A stretch of DNA of 63,797 nt, filler included, from Reticulomyxa filosa (taxonomy: Eukaryota > Protista > Foraminifera): the NCBI GenBank assembly GCA_000512085.1. It is 18 parts of 18 records of this genome, joined end to end, with 100 filler letters (N's around TTAATTAATTAA, not from the genome) between each part and the next. Parts side by side here need not be neighbours in the genome. Positions count along the whole stretch, not along the records: positions 45,058 to 52,699 come from ASPP01023064.1; positions 52,800 to 54,855 come from ASPP01025721.1; positions 54,956 to 56,987 come from ASPP01001962.1; positions 57,088 to 59,546 come from ASPP01033363.1; positions 59,647 to 61,553 come from ASPP01008701.1; positions 61,654 to 63,797 come from ASPP01024918.1; 12 more parts are not named here. One strand, written 5' to 3'. This document shows, one piece after another, positions 51,147 to 63,797 of this stretch (position 1 is the first letter of the stretch; every line of letters begins with the position of its first letter). The notes under the pieces were generated by a model. The model was given only the letters and a program-made list of their open reading frames with translations, made no database searches and was not told the origin of the DNA. The translations under genes were made by a program, and so were the position numbers.

Positions 51147-52799
51147 AGAGAAATTAAACGCTTGCCACTAAAACAATATGGCTGTCTCTCTTCTTCCTTT
51201 TCCTTGTAGTATTCACGTGAAACTTTGATCAATGTGTTGAAAACACTGTGTCACTCCAAACAAATTGATTTTGAATTGTCTTTCCAAAAAGTTTGGAGTG
51301 TGCATTTGTCTGAAGGCAATAACAAGTATCAAGACAACGTATTGATGAACATACTTTTGGAAATGGTCCCAGATTCGTGCAAGTGCATCTAAAACAATAA
51401 ATTAACGTTAAAGCAGCAGATACAAATGTTGTCTCCGCGCGTGAATGCATTCATTTTCACAATACATCTGAATCAATACAGGATTTTCTTAACGAAAATA
51501 ATTGGTTGGGTCCTCATACACCACTTGATATAACTGTGGAGTCGGGATGCTTTGATCTTGCACAATTCAAATAAAAATGATTCAAGTTGAAGATTAGAAA
51601 AACAAAAAATCAATCAAAACTTGAAACATATTGTAAATATTTATCATCCTGTTTGCTCAGTTTCTTCAATGTTGGAAAGTTTTGAAATTGATTGGTAAAA
51701 TATATCAATCATCATCACATGCACTACGCTAAAGCCTTTGAGGGAAATGGAAAAAAGAAATGGTTTGGACACTCGAAACCCCAAAAATATTTAGAGTGGC
51801 GTCTCCGGCTGTGCCTTCAAAGAGAATACAAAACGAAGGGAGTGACACACCATTTTCAACATATTCCAAATACGAAGATAGAGCCATTGGAGATAAGACA
51901 GCTTCGGTGAATAGCAGCAAGTCTCTAATCGAAGAATTTGGCTCTAATGTCGAAAATCAAACTCCAAATGTCCCCGAATATAATGTGTCATTTGACTCTA
52001 GAAACAAGAAGAAGTTTAAATCATGTGAATGTTATACGGACAACACCAAATCCGTTTTGCAAAAAAAGACGAAAGCACTGGCGTTGAGATGGAAGTGACT
52101 TTTTTCAAAAGATGATAAATGGTTACTATATCAACAATCACTTAGTTGTTTTTTTTTGTATTTTAAATAAATAATTTTGTTGGTTGTTTTGTTTAATTTA
52201 ATCTAACTTTCAACACCAATGTAAAATCGAAATAATGAAAACGAAATTCGTTTAACTTAGCAGAAAAAATTACGATAAATAAAATGTAACAATTTCAAGC
52301 CTAATTTTCTTTTAAAATGCAAATTGAAACTACTCCTATAAGTTGCGAATATTGTCTTTTTACTAGTTTCAAACAAACTTTATTCGATCTTTTTGAAAAA
52401 ATCAAAAATGTCATACATTCTCCTTGTACCAACTTAGAGCAACATAAATATGCTGGAAATTCAATGCAATGATGTTTATTTCCCAATTGTTATGCCGCAA
52501 CTCTACAAATGTACATCAATAAAGCATCTCAAAATTGTCATCAAATGTTGTCTTTTTTATCCAACAAACAATTTAGAAATGATTTCATATTATCATATCC
52601 TAGCAACAAAGACCTTACTACAAAACTAAACATAATTTTTTCGATAAAAAATTTGATTCATATAATATGGTAATATTATGTATGTTCATTCATATTTATN
52701 NNNNNNNNNNNNNNNNNNNNNNNNNNNNNNNNNNNNNNNNNNNTTAATTAATTAANNNNNNNNNNNNNNNNNNNNNNNNNNNNNNNNNNNNNNNNNNNN

Positions 52800-53124
52800 G
52801 GATATTAGATCTACTCAACAAGTTCAAATATTTAGTGGACATATTGGCACTGTATGGGATGTCGAATATTCACCATTCATAGTCAATAATATTGAAATTG
52901 GTGGCAGTTCAAATGTGATATGTTCTGCATCAGGTGATAATACAATTCGATTTTGGGATATTCGATCAAATAAAAATGAATTATATGTAATAAATGAAAA
53001 TAAAAAAGAAAATGATGGAATATTATCTCTTAAATTTCTACAAATTAAAAAAAGAAATAATGACTATGGTTGTGTTAATTTGTGCTATAGTTCAAACGGG
53101 GGCCTTATTCATATTTGGGGATAA
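52800..53124 (+). CDS. WD40-repeat protein, C-terminal part
   Basis: DIRSTQQVQIFSGHIGTVWDVEYSPF..NVICSASGDNTIRFWDIRSNKNELYVI..GLIHIWG*. Confidence 0.9.
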
Positions 53125-54261
53125 TTTTTTTTCAAACAAGTTTAATTTTTTGAATTGACTTAAATGAAATAATTTTTCTATCAATCAAATAACGATTTTG
53201 GCTGATTTGTATTTCAATTTAAACATTAGAAGCAATTAGCATCAAATGTTTTTTAAAATATTTAAAATAACGTGGGATTCTAAAACAACAAGATTTTGCA
53301 ATGGAAACAAATAACAAAAACTGTTGAAAATGCATCAAAAACAAAATGACGGCAAAGTAAATTTTATGTTGGAATGTCATAATTTAAATGAAGATTTTTT
53401 CAAATTTGATTTTTTTTATTTTTTTTTTTGACATTATTTTTTGCTGACTTTAAAAAAACAGTAAACAAAAAAATATGCTTTTTTAGTATTTAACTTGTAT
53501 ACCTTTATTGAAAAGAGCTCGAGTAAAAATAATTTTGTAGATAATTATCTTTACTCTATGTTATACTATATTATATCTTGCATTTGTTATGCATTTAATT
53601 TTTTTAGCTGGCTTTACAATATAACTTTTTTTTTGTAACAAAAATTTTTTTATTAAATCTATATCAAACTGTAAAAAAAAATAATCAATTTAACAAACGT
53701 TTAAACTTGTGTTTAAAAGAAGCTTTATGTGTAATTTACCAGTTGGTGGAATCGCAATTGGCCTTTATAACATAATGAATGCGTTTATGTATTGAAGCAA
53801 TAAGACTATCACACAAATCACCTTCAATCGGGTACAATTACTTGCTAAACTAATCAAAGATGTTCTCTTTACTGGAAAATAGTATATTTTTGTAAGTAAG
53901 GCACTTGGTAATCCATCAAAGGTTCTAAATTGGATTCAGATCTTGTTTTGCCACTTTTCGAATAGACTTTACATCCAAAAGCACTTGCAGAACTCTTCCC
54001 TTTGTAAACTCATCACATGCTTCACAATAATGCTTTCTAATTTATTCTGTGTTTATTAATTAATTAATTAATTTTAAACTTTTTTGTTTGACAAGATAGT
54101 TTTTTTTTAAACATTTAATTTTTCAACCCCTGAGGAAAAAGAACGACAAAGAACTTTTCAAAAATGCAAGAGATAAGATAGTACAACAAGAAAAATAGTA
54201 TGTGATTTGTTCTATTTATCTACAAAATTATTTTTACTTTAGCTATTTGTTGAATATTGCA

Positions 54262-54855
54262 TTAATCACGAACTTTGTAATGATTACCAAGTCTCATTGC
54301 ATCGATCTCTGAACCAATGTTTGTTGTGATGCCTGTAATTGGATATTCTAATTCTAACCAATTTGGCATGTTTGGATCTTGAATTACAAGTCCAATACCA
54401 GGATTGGGATATGTGCTACCATCGTAAAATAACATAATGCAATCATTGTCATCTGATGTTGGCTCATTGAAGATTGCAAATGGTGACTTGTTAGATTGTA
54501 GCATCATTGCGACTTGCATTGGTGGGACATTTGGGATTGTATGGGAATCTGGTTCAACCATCGGCACTCCAGATAATGCTGACAATTTACCAATCAATTA
54601 GATATAATTTAAATGTGTCTTTGGTCTTGATTCATTCCAAATCTTGTATGCCAATATAAGATTATGACCGACCTGACTATATGTTACACTTATTGTATAG
54701 CTTCACTTCTTCTTGTATTCGTCGCCATTCGAGAGGAAGAAGTTGGTAGATTACATTGACAGTGTCATAAGTAGTCTGGTTCATTACACCAAGAATTCGA
54801 CACATTGCAATCTTTGTATCCTTTCTAATCGTCTCTTATGAGTGTCTGCCGCACC
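54262..54855 (-). mobile_element. Non-LTR retrotransposon relic (post-RT region plus RNase H start)
   Basis: KIAMCRILGVMNQTTYDTVNVIYQLLPL (RT C-terminal-like), then LFYDGSTYPNPGIG..TTNIGSEIDAM (first Asp and Glu of RNase HI). Truncated and frameshifted. Confidence 0.7.
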
Positions 54856-54955
54856 NNNNNNNNNNNNNNNNNNNNNNNNNNNNNNNNNNNNNNNNNNNNT
54901 TAATTAATTAANNNNNNNNNNNNNNNNNNNNNNNNNNNNNNNNNNNNNNNNNNNN

Positions 54956-55620
54956 GAGAATGTTTGTGTTTTTGTGAATAGGCATGCCCCCGTCAAAAAA
55001 AAATATTTTGTTATCTCCCCCTGTACAAAAGAAAAAAATAAATAGATAAATTGAAATGAGAGCTTTCAGCTCAGATACAAAAAGTATGTTATTTTATTTT
55101 TTTTCTTAAAAAATAAAAAAATTTATTTTGTGGTATGTTTGTAGGAGTCAAGATCAGTACAAAATTGGAAGTTTTTTTATTTTGTTTTTATTTTTATTTA
55201 TACTTGAGAGGGATAGGGATCGGATGGAAAATATGGATTGGAAGAGGGGAAAAAATGGATTGGAAGAGGGGAAAAAATGGATTGGAAAAGGGATGGAAAA
55301 AAATAGACTGTAAAAGGGGGGGGGGGGAAAATAGATTGTGAAAGGGAGGGTTTGGGGAAAAAATAAAATGAAAAATAAATTGGAAAAAAATTGATGGAAA
55401 AAAGTGAGAAAAATAAATGTAAAAATTTTATTTAAGAATTGAAAAAAATAAAAAAAGAATCAAAAATAAAAAAGAGTGTTGGAAAATTGAAAATTAAAAA
55501 AATTGCAATTTGAAAAAAATGTAAAAAAAAAAGAGAAAAAGAAGAAAAAAATAAAAGGGGAGAATGGAGTAAATGAAAAAGAAAATGAAGAATAATAAAA
55601 AAGAAGATAAAGAAAAAGCG
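54956..55620 (+). repeat. Dispersed repeat, copy B, with internal 22-bp tandem unit ATGGATTGGAAGAGGGGAAAAA
   Basis: AATAGGCATGCCCCCGTCAAAAAAAAATATTTTGTTATCTCC.. matches copy A. Tandem unit at about 55233-55300. Confidence 0.7.
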
Positions 55621-58600
55621 CAATGGTCGTGTACTGCGCAAATTGGAGACTTTGGATTTGAAGATGATTGGAGAAATTGTCTGCTATCGTAGAACAATTG
55701 GACAAATTTTCACAAATGGATCCAGGAAAGTTGGATTTTGGTGCAGCCAGACGACGAAAGCAATCTCACCAAGAAGAAAAAAAGAAAGTGGTAGTGATGC
55801 GCGCAAAGTAAAAAAGATGGCGTCACAACGACTGCAGTGAAGAAGAACAAAAGATCGTGGAAATTGTCAGGAAATAGTTATTCGGCTATCGAGAAAACCA
55901 CTACATTGGGAGAATGTGAAAGTGGGTCAACTTGGTGGTGGAGTTGTACGAAACTCCGTAATAAGGTTGGCAAACAAGAAGATAGAATTACGAAAAAGTG
56001 GAAGCTGATGAAGAAAAGATATCGGACGTTGTCAAAAAGACAATTCACGTGGAAGTGTCCAATTCGGTGGATGAATTGTGCGAAACTCGTATTAAGACAC
56101 GAGGAAGAAAGAAGATATAGAGTATTAGGATGAAGAAAATTCCGAGCAACGAACAAGGAAAGATCGATTGTGAAACTGGTCGTATGCGTGCGCCCGTTCG
56201 CAAGGTTGGATTTTTAATCGTGACTATGCTGATGTGAGTATCGTTGGTGCCGCCAAACAACGAAAGCAAGCCCGCCAAGAAGAAGAAAAAACATGGTGAT
56301 ATCGTACAAAGTAGTGGGTGATTTGTGACGAACCTCCGCCAAGATACTGGTCAGCAAGAAAAAGAAGACGATGATGACGAACAGAAAAAAGAAGATCCCG
56401 AAGTCCGTCGAGTTGGATTTGTTAAAAAAAAGAAAACATCGTGTCAGCAGGCTTTTTGTGTTTTGTTATAGAAATTGTCCTTCATTTCTGGAAACACGCA
56501 AATCGCCACTCGCGGGCGTGGACTAACCTCCCATAGCGCTCCAATGGGGAAGGTTCAAGCAGTAGCAACCCGATAAATTGAAAAATGTATTTACCATCAA
56601 ACAGGCGCACAAGTCTCTTCAAATAATTGTTGGAGCGGCACATCATCAAAGACGAACGATGTCGAGCTGCGACCACCGGCGCCAACAAACAATCGCAAAG
56701 GTCCTGTGCATGAGCACATTCGCAACAACGCGCATAAGCTGGACCCAAGAAAAAGAAAAAAAAGAATGTTATCCACACATCACTAAATCGCAATCGAAGA
56801 ATTGATGTACTGAAAATACCCGCTCAAAGTTTGTCTCTCATCACAAGGTAGAATTTTTTAACTACGAAGTCCATCACTCTCGGGAACAGTTAACAAGATT
56901 TTTTCATATCATCCCAGAAAATCGGATCTTGGTGCGCCAGACGAGAGAAAAGTTGAAAGCGGTGAAGAAAAGAACATGGAGTTTGTANNNNNNNNNNNNN
57001 NNNNNNNNNNNNNNNNNNNNNNNNNNNNNNNTTAATTAATTAANNNNNNNNNNNNNNNNNNNNNNNNNNNNNNNNNNNNNNNNNNNNAACTTTTTCTTTT
57101 TCGCTTTTTCCTTCCTTTGCTTTTTTAAAAAATTTTTTTTATGTACGTTTCTCAGACAAACACAAGAGAAATATGGGCAGCTTCAATGCATTAATTGCGC
57201 ATTGTAAGATGTGCAAATATAACTCTGCTAAATGTGTTTGTGCTTCGCAATGTAATATCTTTCAATTTTAAAAGTAGAAAACGTGTATGTATTGTTTTGC
57301 AATCTGATTTTTCATTATGTTAGCTATACACTCATGTTTGTGCCAGACGTGAAAGGTAGTCAACATACGCTGATACGGACAAATTGCAAGCGTATTTCCT
57401 ACAAAAATTTTATTTCAAAAGTATTAAAATAGTAATACATTATTTTGAATAATGAACAACTTGTATGTAAACAACAAGCGTACAACATCACCGATAAGAA
57501 TTTTGTTTGTCAGATGAAGCAAATTTCGACTTACAAGTCACATCAATTTATTGGAGGGAAAAAGATCTAATGAGTCCATTTGCAACAGTTTGTTAAAATA
57601 TTCAGAAAAATTACAGCTGCTGACCTTTTTTCTCTTGTCCGCAAAGCAAAAACATACCTCAAATTAGTACTGTTTTTATCGCTCCAAAGAAAATAGTTGC
57701 AATATCCAACAAGCGTATTTGCTTGTCAAATTAATTTTTCAAAGTTGAAATGCATTTGTTTTCCTTTTTAATAATTTATTCTAGCAAAATTCCAACAACA
57801 AGTTGTTTCAGACATATGGAATTTATTTGGTGGAAACGCTGATTAGACAAAGTCTATTCTGATTTTGATTGCAGAAAACACATTGCCAAGAATTCTTTGC
57901 TTTTTTTAAATATAAACGTAAATATCATTGTAGCATCTTTAATAAATAATTGAATAAGCGTATTTGAATACAAAAAAGGTTTGGAACAAAAAAAGAAAGT
58001 TGAAAAACAGCAATATTACAGCTATGGATCAGCCAATTTTATCTTAAAATGCAGACGAAAGCACTAGAAAGTTATTCAAATTACTACAACGGGCTAAATA
58101 TCTATGGAATATACATTCATTACTGTTGATGAAAGGACGAACTATAAACATCATCAATATTGAATGTGATAGGTTTAAATAAGATAAATAACTTCAAAAT
58201 TTTAATGAAAATGTTCTTGAATATATTATGAAACATTTTGAAATATCCTAAACATATAAAATTAGAAATAAGAGTTTATACAACAATTTACAATCCAAAT
58301 GCAATCACTTAAGTGGAAATGTGGATATAATATTTGAAGACACTATATGTCATTTACAACAATTTGGATTTGAAATAAAAGGTGACAATATTTGGTGTTA
58401 CCCAATGACGATATGAAACTATTACAACATGGATCAATAAATATTTTTAATATATGTGTTTATTTTGTTATAACAAACAAAATGATGTAATTTTTAACAA
58501 AATTTTGAAACCTTTTTTTTACTATTTGAATTTTAAAAAAATATTTTTTATAGTGTTTTTACCGTTTTATTTGTTTTCCTTGTGCATTGATTAAAGCTTC

Positions 58601-58645
58601 AATTCTCATTGGTATTGACTCAACTAGAGCTTGACATAGTTTAGC

Positions 58646-59000
58646 CTAATGTTTATATAAATTTGCAAATTCTAACCTTGCTTTGATATGACTATTATCT
58701 AAATCTGGCTTTTTCTTCTTAGTTACTGCTATCAAACCATTTCTCTTTAGAGTCCTTGTTACAGTTTTATAAGAAACTTTGATTTCACCATTGTCATCTA
58801 ACTCTTTCTTGACGTCTTTTGCAGTTTCGCACTTTCCAGAAACAAGCCATATCACAATTTTATGCTGAACTCGCAAATGAATCTTCTATGAACTGCCAGA
58901 TCCAGCTTTTCTTTTTCCATTACACTGATATGACGCCAACTAAAATCGAAGCGAAGCTATACTTAACATTAAATTTCTTTACTACAGGTCGAATGCTGGC
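58646..59000 (-). mobile_element. Tc1/mariner transposase relic (second HTH region)
   Basis: RKAGSGSS (decayed GRP-type linker), then TAKDVKKEL..VSYKTVTRTLKRNGLIAVTKKKKPDLDNSHIKARLEFA. Stops before the DDE domain. Confidence 0.8.
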
Positions 59001-59842
59001 TCCACCAACCAGCATAACAACAGCAACTTTTTTCTTAAAAGCAATCAAATATTTCACTATTTTAAATATCAAAATTTTGAAATATCAATTAAAAATATCA
59101 ACAATAAAAAAAATTAGCAAAAAAAAAAAATTTATTATTTAAAAACTACAAGATTAGTAGATATTTTTTAAAAAAATTAAGATTATCTTTATTTTTCATG
59201 GAGAAAATCGATTCTCTTCATATAATGCCATTTAGGTATTGCAGTTTTTCTGCAATGTACTGTAACGAATTGCAGTAGCTGAAGTGCCAAAACAAAGAGC
59301 TTGTTGACACAACAGAATATCACATTCGAACATGTCATCAGAACGGCATGAGTCTATTAAAGAAAGAAAGAAAATAATGATTCTACAATGCGAAAGGCAG
59401 TCGCTTTTAAATGTCAAAACAACCAATCTTAATTTTTTTTTTTAATACACATGGTTTGGCCATTATCTCTGTTGTCTGTGTTTGAAAGAATTAAAGTGCA
59501 ATTTTTGATGTTGATTAGCTCATCCACTTCCAAGAAATCCTTTTGCNNNNNNNNNNNNNNNNNNNNNNNNNNNNNNNNNNNNNNNNNNNNTTAATTAATT
59601 AANNNNNNNNNNNNNNNNNNNNNNNNNNNNNNNNNNNNNNNNNNNNAATTGAACAAATTGGAATTGGACAAATTCTAAAATGGAAAGAAAAAAAAAAGCA
59701 CAACAGCGTAATTTACTGACAAAAAAAAAAGAAAAAAAAAACAACCTGGAAACTTTCACAGGCAATAAAACCTTGCTATAACCAGAAAAAAAAGTCACAC
59801 TTAATGCAAACAAAATACACACGAAACCAACTAATACCACAA

Positions 59843-61548
59843 TTAACAATTCGACGTTGCGGTGAAAAATGAACTCATTATACCAGGCTCTGGCAAAAGA
59901 AAACATCCGTAATTAAATGGTGCACGACTATAGCAACGACGATTGGACAGTTGGATGAGATGGTCACCAATGTTGGGATCAATCACAGCAGATGTCTCGC
60001 TTTCATTCATCATAACAGCACAAGTGACCAAATGAATCAGATCCAATTCAATGGATACGCTAATAAAATAAGGCAAGCTTTTATTGTCATTGGACAGCGT
60101 GAAGTGTAAATGCCACATACTGTTGTATTTTGTGATGGAGATCGGGGCCAATGAACCACGCAAAGGATTAGCGACAATAATCATAGTGTCTAACACAGAG
60201 CATTGGTGAGTCCAAATTTCATTGTGCCGAATCACATCGCCGCAAAACGAAACATAAAAGCCATGCAGTGTCAGTTGTGTCCCCTTTTTTTTAATTCGGT
60301 TAATAAGCGAGTACGAATAGCCAATCACAAAAATACAACGTGCGTCATTGTCCAAAAAAACTCCGCCAAGTCTGCAAATTGGCAGCAGTTGAACCAAATT
60401 GCTGTCGTTCGTTCGCAGCATAAACTGGTATCTCCCCCATGACGTGGTCAGATTAAATGGAGTAGACAAGTTTTTGCCGATATAACTCAGAAGTACCAAA
60501 GGAATCGACTTTGTCCCTCCCCCCCCCAAAAACAAAACAAACAAAGCCGCTCTCAATCAAGTGCTATTAAAGGGGTTTGTGATTGCCATGAGAGCAAGAA
60601 AAAAAAAAAAAAGTAATAAAGTATGCGTATATGCGTATACTTGGTTTATTGTGCTGTTTTGTGCTGGTAGAAACAAATCCTTTACATCGGACAACAGAAA
60701 CCAAGAGAAGTGTTGTTGCAAGTTGGACGTCAGAAAGGAAGCAGCAGTTTTTTCAATTTGGTCAAAACTTTTGACATTCAATGGCAACAATTCCAAACAT
60801 TGACGTGTCTCGTCGATACAATAAAAGCCATTCTGTTGACTTCCAACAATAAACACCGAAGAGTTGTTCACGTAGCAAGCAAACCACCCCATCCCCAAAT
60901 CCACTTCTCTTCCTTGTGACAATAATCTATTGTGTATAGGGAAATATTGCCACTCATTGCAAAAGCACTTCGAGCCACTCTCCCAAGATAGTTGTGTGCG
61001 CAGAACCCCGCATAATGAATCCACCGCTTTCTTTTTTCGTGTGTGTGTGTGTGTGTATGTACGATATATTGATGTCTACGTATAGATAACACGAATAAAC
61101 AAAGGAAAATACATTCGCAAATCAGTGTAATACATATGTATGTATGTATAAATACGCGACGAGACACATACAGATTTACGTATCACGAGCGCACTCAGGA
61201 CCCCGTTAATTGATAGATACCCGGTAATGGCAATAGACACCAATCCTTTTACTTGCTCCGACTCTTCGTCAGAGTCCAAGGACGCAGAAGCGGAATCCAA
61301 CTGGACAACTTCGAGGGTTGCTTCGCGACTCGCTTTGCAGACAAAGTCGACTGTCGATGATTGTCGCGGATGATCTGACGAATCTTCTGTCCCGGCAAAG
61401 GAATGTCAGTTGCTCCGATGAGATGTCTGGTCAAAGGGGAGTAGTATTTAATGGTGAGTTTCTCCACATATCGTTTCGAAACGTCCGCTTGCTCTTTTTC
61501 GTCTGCATTGGCATTCGTGACCAACATGTCCAAATCGGGTGCGTCCAA
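59843..61548 (-). CDS. Multi-exon hypothetical protein, partial
   Basis: Series of minus-strand open frames separated by CA/TA/T-rich introns; beta-rich composition. No family recognised. Confidence 0.45.
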
Positions 61549-63337
61549 ATGTANNNNNNNNNNNNNNNNNNNNNNNNNNNNNNNNNNNNNNNNNNNNTTA
61601 ATTAATTAANNNNNNNNNNNNNNNNNNNNNNNNNNNNNNNNNNNNNNNNNNNNATCAATTGACACCACGTATGCTTCACTATTGTTACCATGGCCGTCAT
61701 TCGGACTTGACGACTGTATTGTTGTATTTTCACATGATCTAACTCCTGAACAGTCAATCCGGTACTCTTAGCCACTTCTTTCACTTCCGTCAATTATTAT
61801 TTTGCTATGCATACATGACGCTTCTCCCGCACATTTCAAGTCTTCAAACTTTTCCAATGTTACAAATGCACACCTATTGCCATCTTTTCATTTGTTTTGC
61901 GTAGTTACATTGCGCAGTAATATTCAACACAAGTTTATATTTTCTCATGCTTTTCCATCCGTCCCCTCCTTCCTCCTCTCGTCCTCTTCCTAACTGCAAT
62001 GCGTTTCTTTTCTTGAATTTCCAACATCAACCATCCAGAGTAGCAAACATAACACAAGTTTTACTACCATTATCACGAGTTATAACGAAAAAAAAATTAT
62101 ATCACTTTCAGGGCCAAAAGTGGTCTTGCTTTTCCCAGTTAGTTTTTTTGGTTGGCAAAAAAAAAAAAAAACCAGATCACGAAAATATTATCAAAAAAGT
62201 TACATTGACATTGACATGTACTTGCTTGCTTTGTTTTTTTAGATTTTTGCAAATACAAAATCCAAGATCATCATTTTTAAAAGGGTACGTGGAATGTGAT
62301 TAGTATTCTACTAAATTACAATCATTATTTTGGGAATCCTCTTTTCTATGGCAACTACAACATATACTCACAACAAAAAATCGTGTCACCTTGTGGCCCC
62401 ATATAATGCAATTTGATTTCTTTGGCACGGTTCGAACGTGCCATCAGTTTTTATTTAATCTTTCAAAAATTTCTGGAAACATTTGCACGCAGACGACACT
62501 TCTACATTTTCGAAAAGTTCATTAGTAGAAAACTCAAAAAGAAATAGATTAAATGTTGATTTTTCATGGGAAAAAAAAAGTATTCTTTATAAAGATGATA
62601 TCTAGCAAATAAAAAATAAATACGCTGTTGGTGGTGAGAAAGGTTACTGAAAAGACTGAGCAAACGTAACACGAGCGAGTTTCTCTTTTGAGTAAATTCC
62701 AACAAAATAAAATAATCAAATAAGAGATAAATTAGACAAAAATAACAGACCAAAAGAAAGTAAGCAGTTTGGGAAAAAGGATTCACTAAGTTCTGATCGA
62801 ACTTCCTGGTGTTTACTGAACGCCCTAGGTTGAGAAGAACAGACAACAATACGATCGATTAATCATTTGATATCAAAATGATCTAGTAATACGATGACGA
62901 GTCAGTTAATTCAAAAAATGTTGAGTCACTGGATAAATGTTAAAAAGTAGATGTCGGCGATAAACTTTGATATAAAGCAGTTTTTAGTTTTTTTGACGGT
63001 GTTATTTTTTAAAAAAATGTAAATATTCATCATTGTTAAGTTATTGTTATGCCTTAAGCTTGTAAAGCAAACTCTTTATTAAATAGTTTTATACACATAA
63101 TCAAAAAAATTTAAAACGCTTTTGTCGCTCGCATCTACTTTAACATTTATCCAGTGGTTCAACATTTTTTGAGTTAACTAACGCATCGTAGTATCGCTGG
63201 ACCATTTTAATATCAGGTGATCAATCGTTGATGTTGTACTTGAAATAAAAATCTTTGGTACCACCGTTAACACTTGTAAAAAAGGGTATAGGCGTATTTG
63301 CTCATAAATACTAATAATCTAAAAAAGATAAAAGAAA

Positions 63338-63672
63338 ATGACACAACAAAATATGGAAAATTTGGAAAATAATTTACAATTATATGTTTTGACTGTAAAT
63401 ATGATCAAAGGTATTGAGTTGCCTGCTGCAGACCTGGTAAGCAAAACGAATATGAACATAGCTATGCAAGAAAAAAATTGGAACAAAGGAAAACAAAAAA
63501 ACATTTAAAAAATTAGAACGGCAGCAGTGACCCTTACGTGATAACAAAGATAAGTGGGGAAGAGTGGAGAACAAAGACAATATCAAAGAACCTGAATCCA
63601 CAATGGGAAGAATTGAAAGTTTTTTGTTTCTTAAAAGCCCCAGAAACGATCGAATTTGTTGTTCGTGACCAA
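63338..63672 (+). CDS. C2-domain protein, first two exons (63338-63436, 63517-63672)
   Basis: Spliced LTVNMIKGIELPAADL-NGSSDPYVITKI..WRTKTISKNLNPQWEE..IEFVVRD, with GT-AG junctions in phase. Confidence 0.88.
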
Positions 63673-63760
63673 GTGCGTTTAAGCCCCTTTTTCTTAAAAA
63701 AAAACTTTATGAAACAAACAAATCCAAGTCAGCAAATGTAGCATAGTTACAAACTTTGAC

Positions 63761-63797
<37 letters not shown>

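Noticed and set aside
1762-61653. Recurring TTAATTAATTAA motif as a biological repeat
   Set aside because: It is always centred in an identical 100-nt N block, so it is an artificial six-frame-stop linker between contigs.

Overview
The window is not one locus. It is 18 separate contigs joined by 17 identical 100-nt artificial spacers (N44-TTAATTAATTAA-N44), so adjacency across a spacer is not evidence of linkage. Contig 1 (1-1761) is GC-rich bacterial DNA, probably betaproteobacterial: the 3' part of rpoD, tRNA-Ile2(CAT), a terminator and a truncated P4-type tyrosine integrase. The other 17 contigs are AT-rich, intron-containing eukaryotic DNA. Their gene families (WD40 genes ending in IHIWG, degenerate-RING/TRAF-Zn/Gly-rich genes, CAP-Gly remnants) resemble those of the foraminiferan Reticulomyxa filosa; this taxonomy is an inference. 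Many frameshifts sit in homopolymers and look like pyrosequencing errors. Recognisable eukaryotic genes are a sphingomyelin/IPC-synthase-like gene, a kinesin-3, a Rab, TSR3, a Rho/Rac plus its pseudogene copy, AlkB-like, VPS9, C2 and WD40 genes, plus non-LTR RNase H and Tc1 relics. The best candidate for an undescribed system is a cluster on one contig (about 3.9-11.5 kb) of three paralogous 2'-5' oligoadenylate-synthetase (OAS)-fold genes. All three catalytic aspartates are replaced in each copy, and the copies appear to carry different appended exons. Other notable items are an RNF213-like fragment whose RZ finger has Tyr at the catalytic Cys position, a Rho GTPase with Lys61 on a 10-nt micro-exon plus a long F-box-like insert, and a Rab with a natural Q-to-L switch II.
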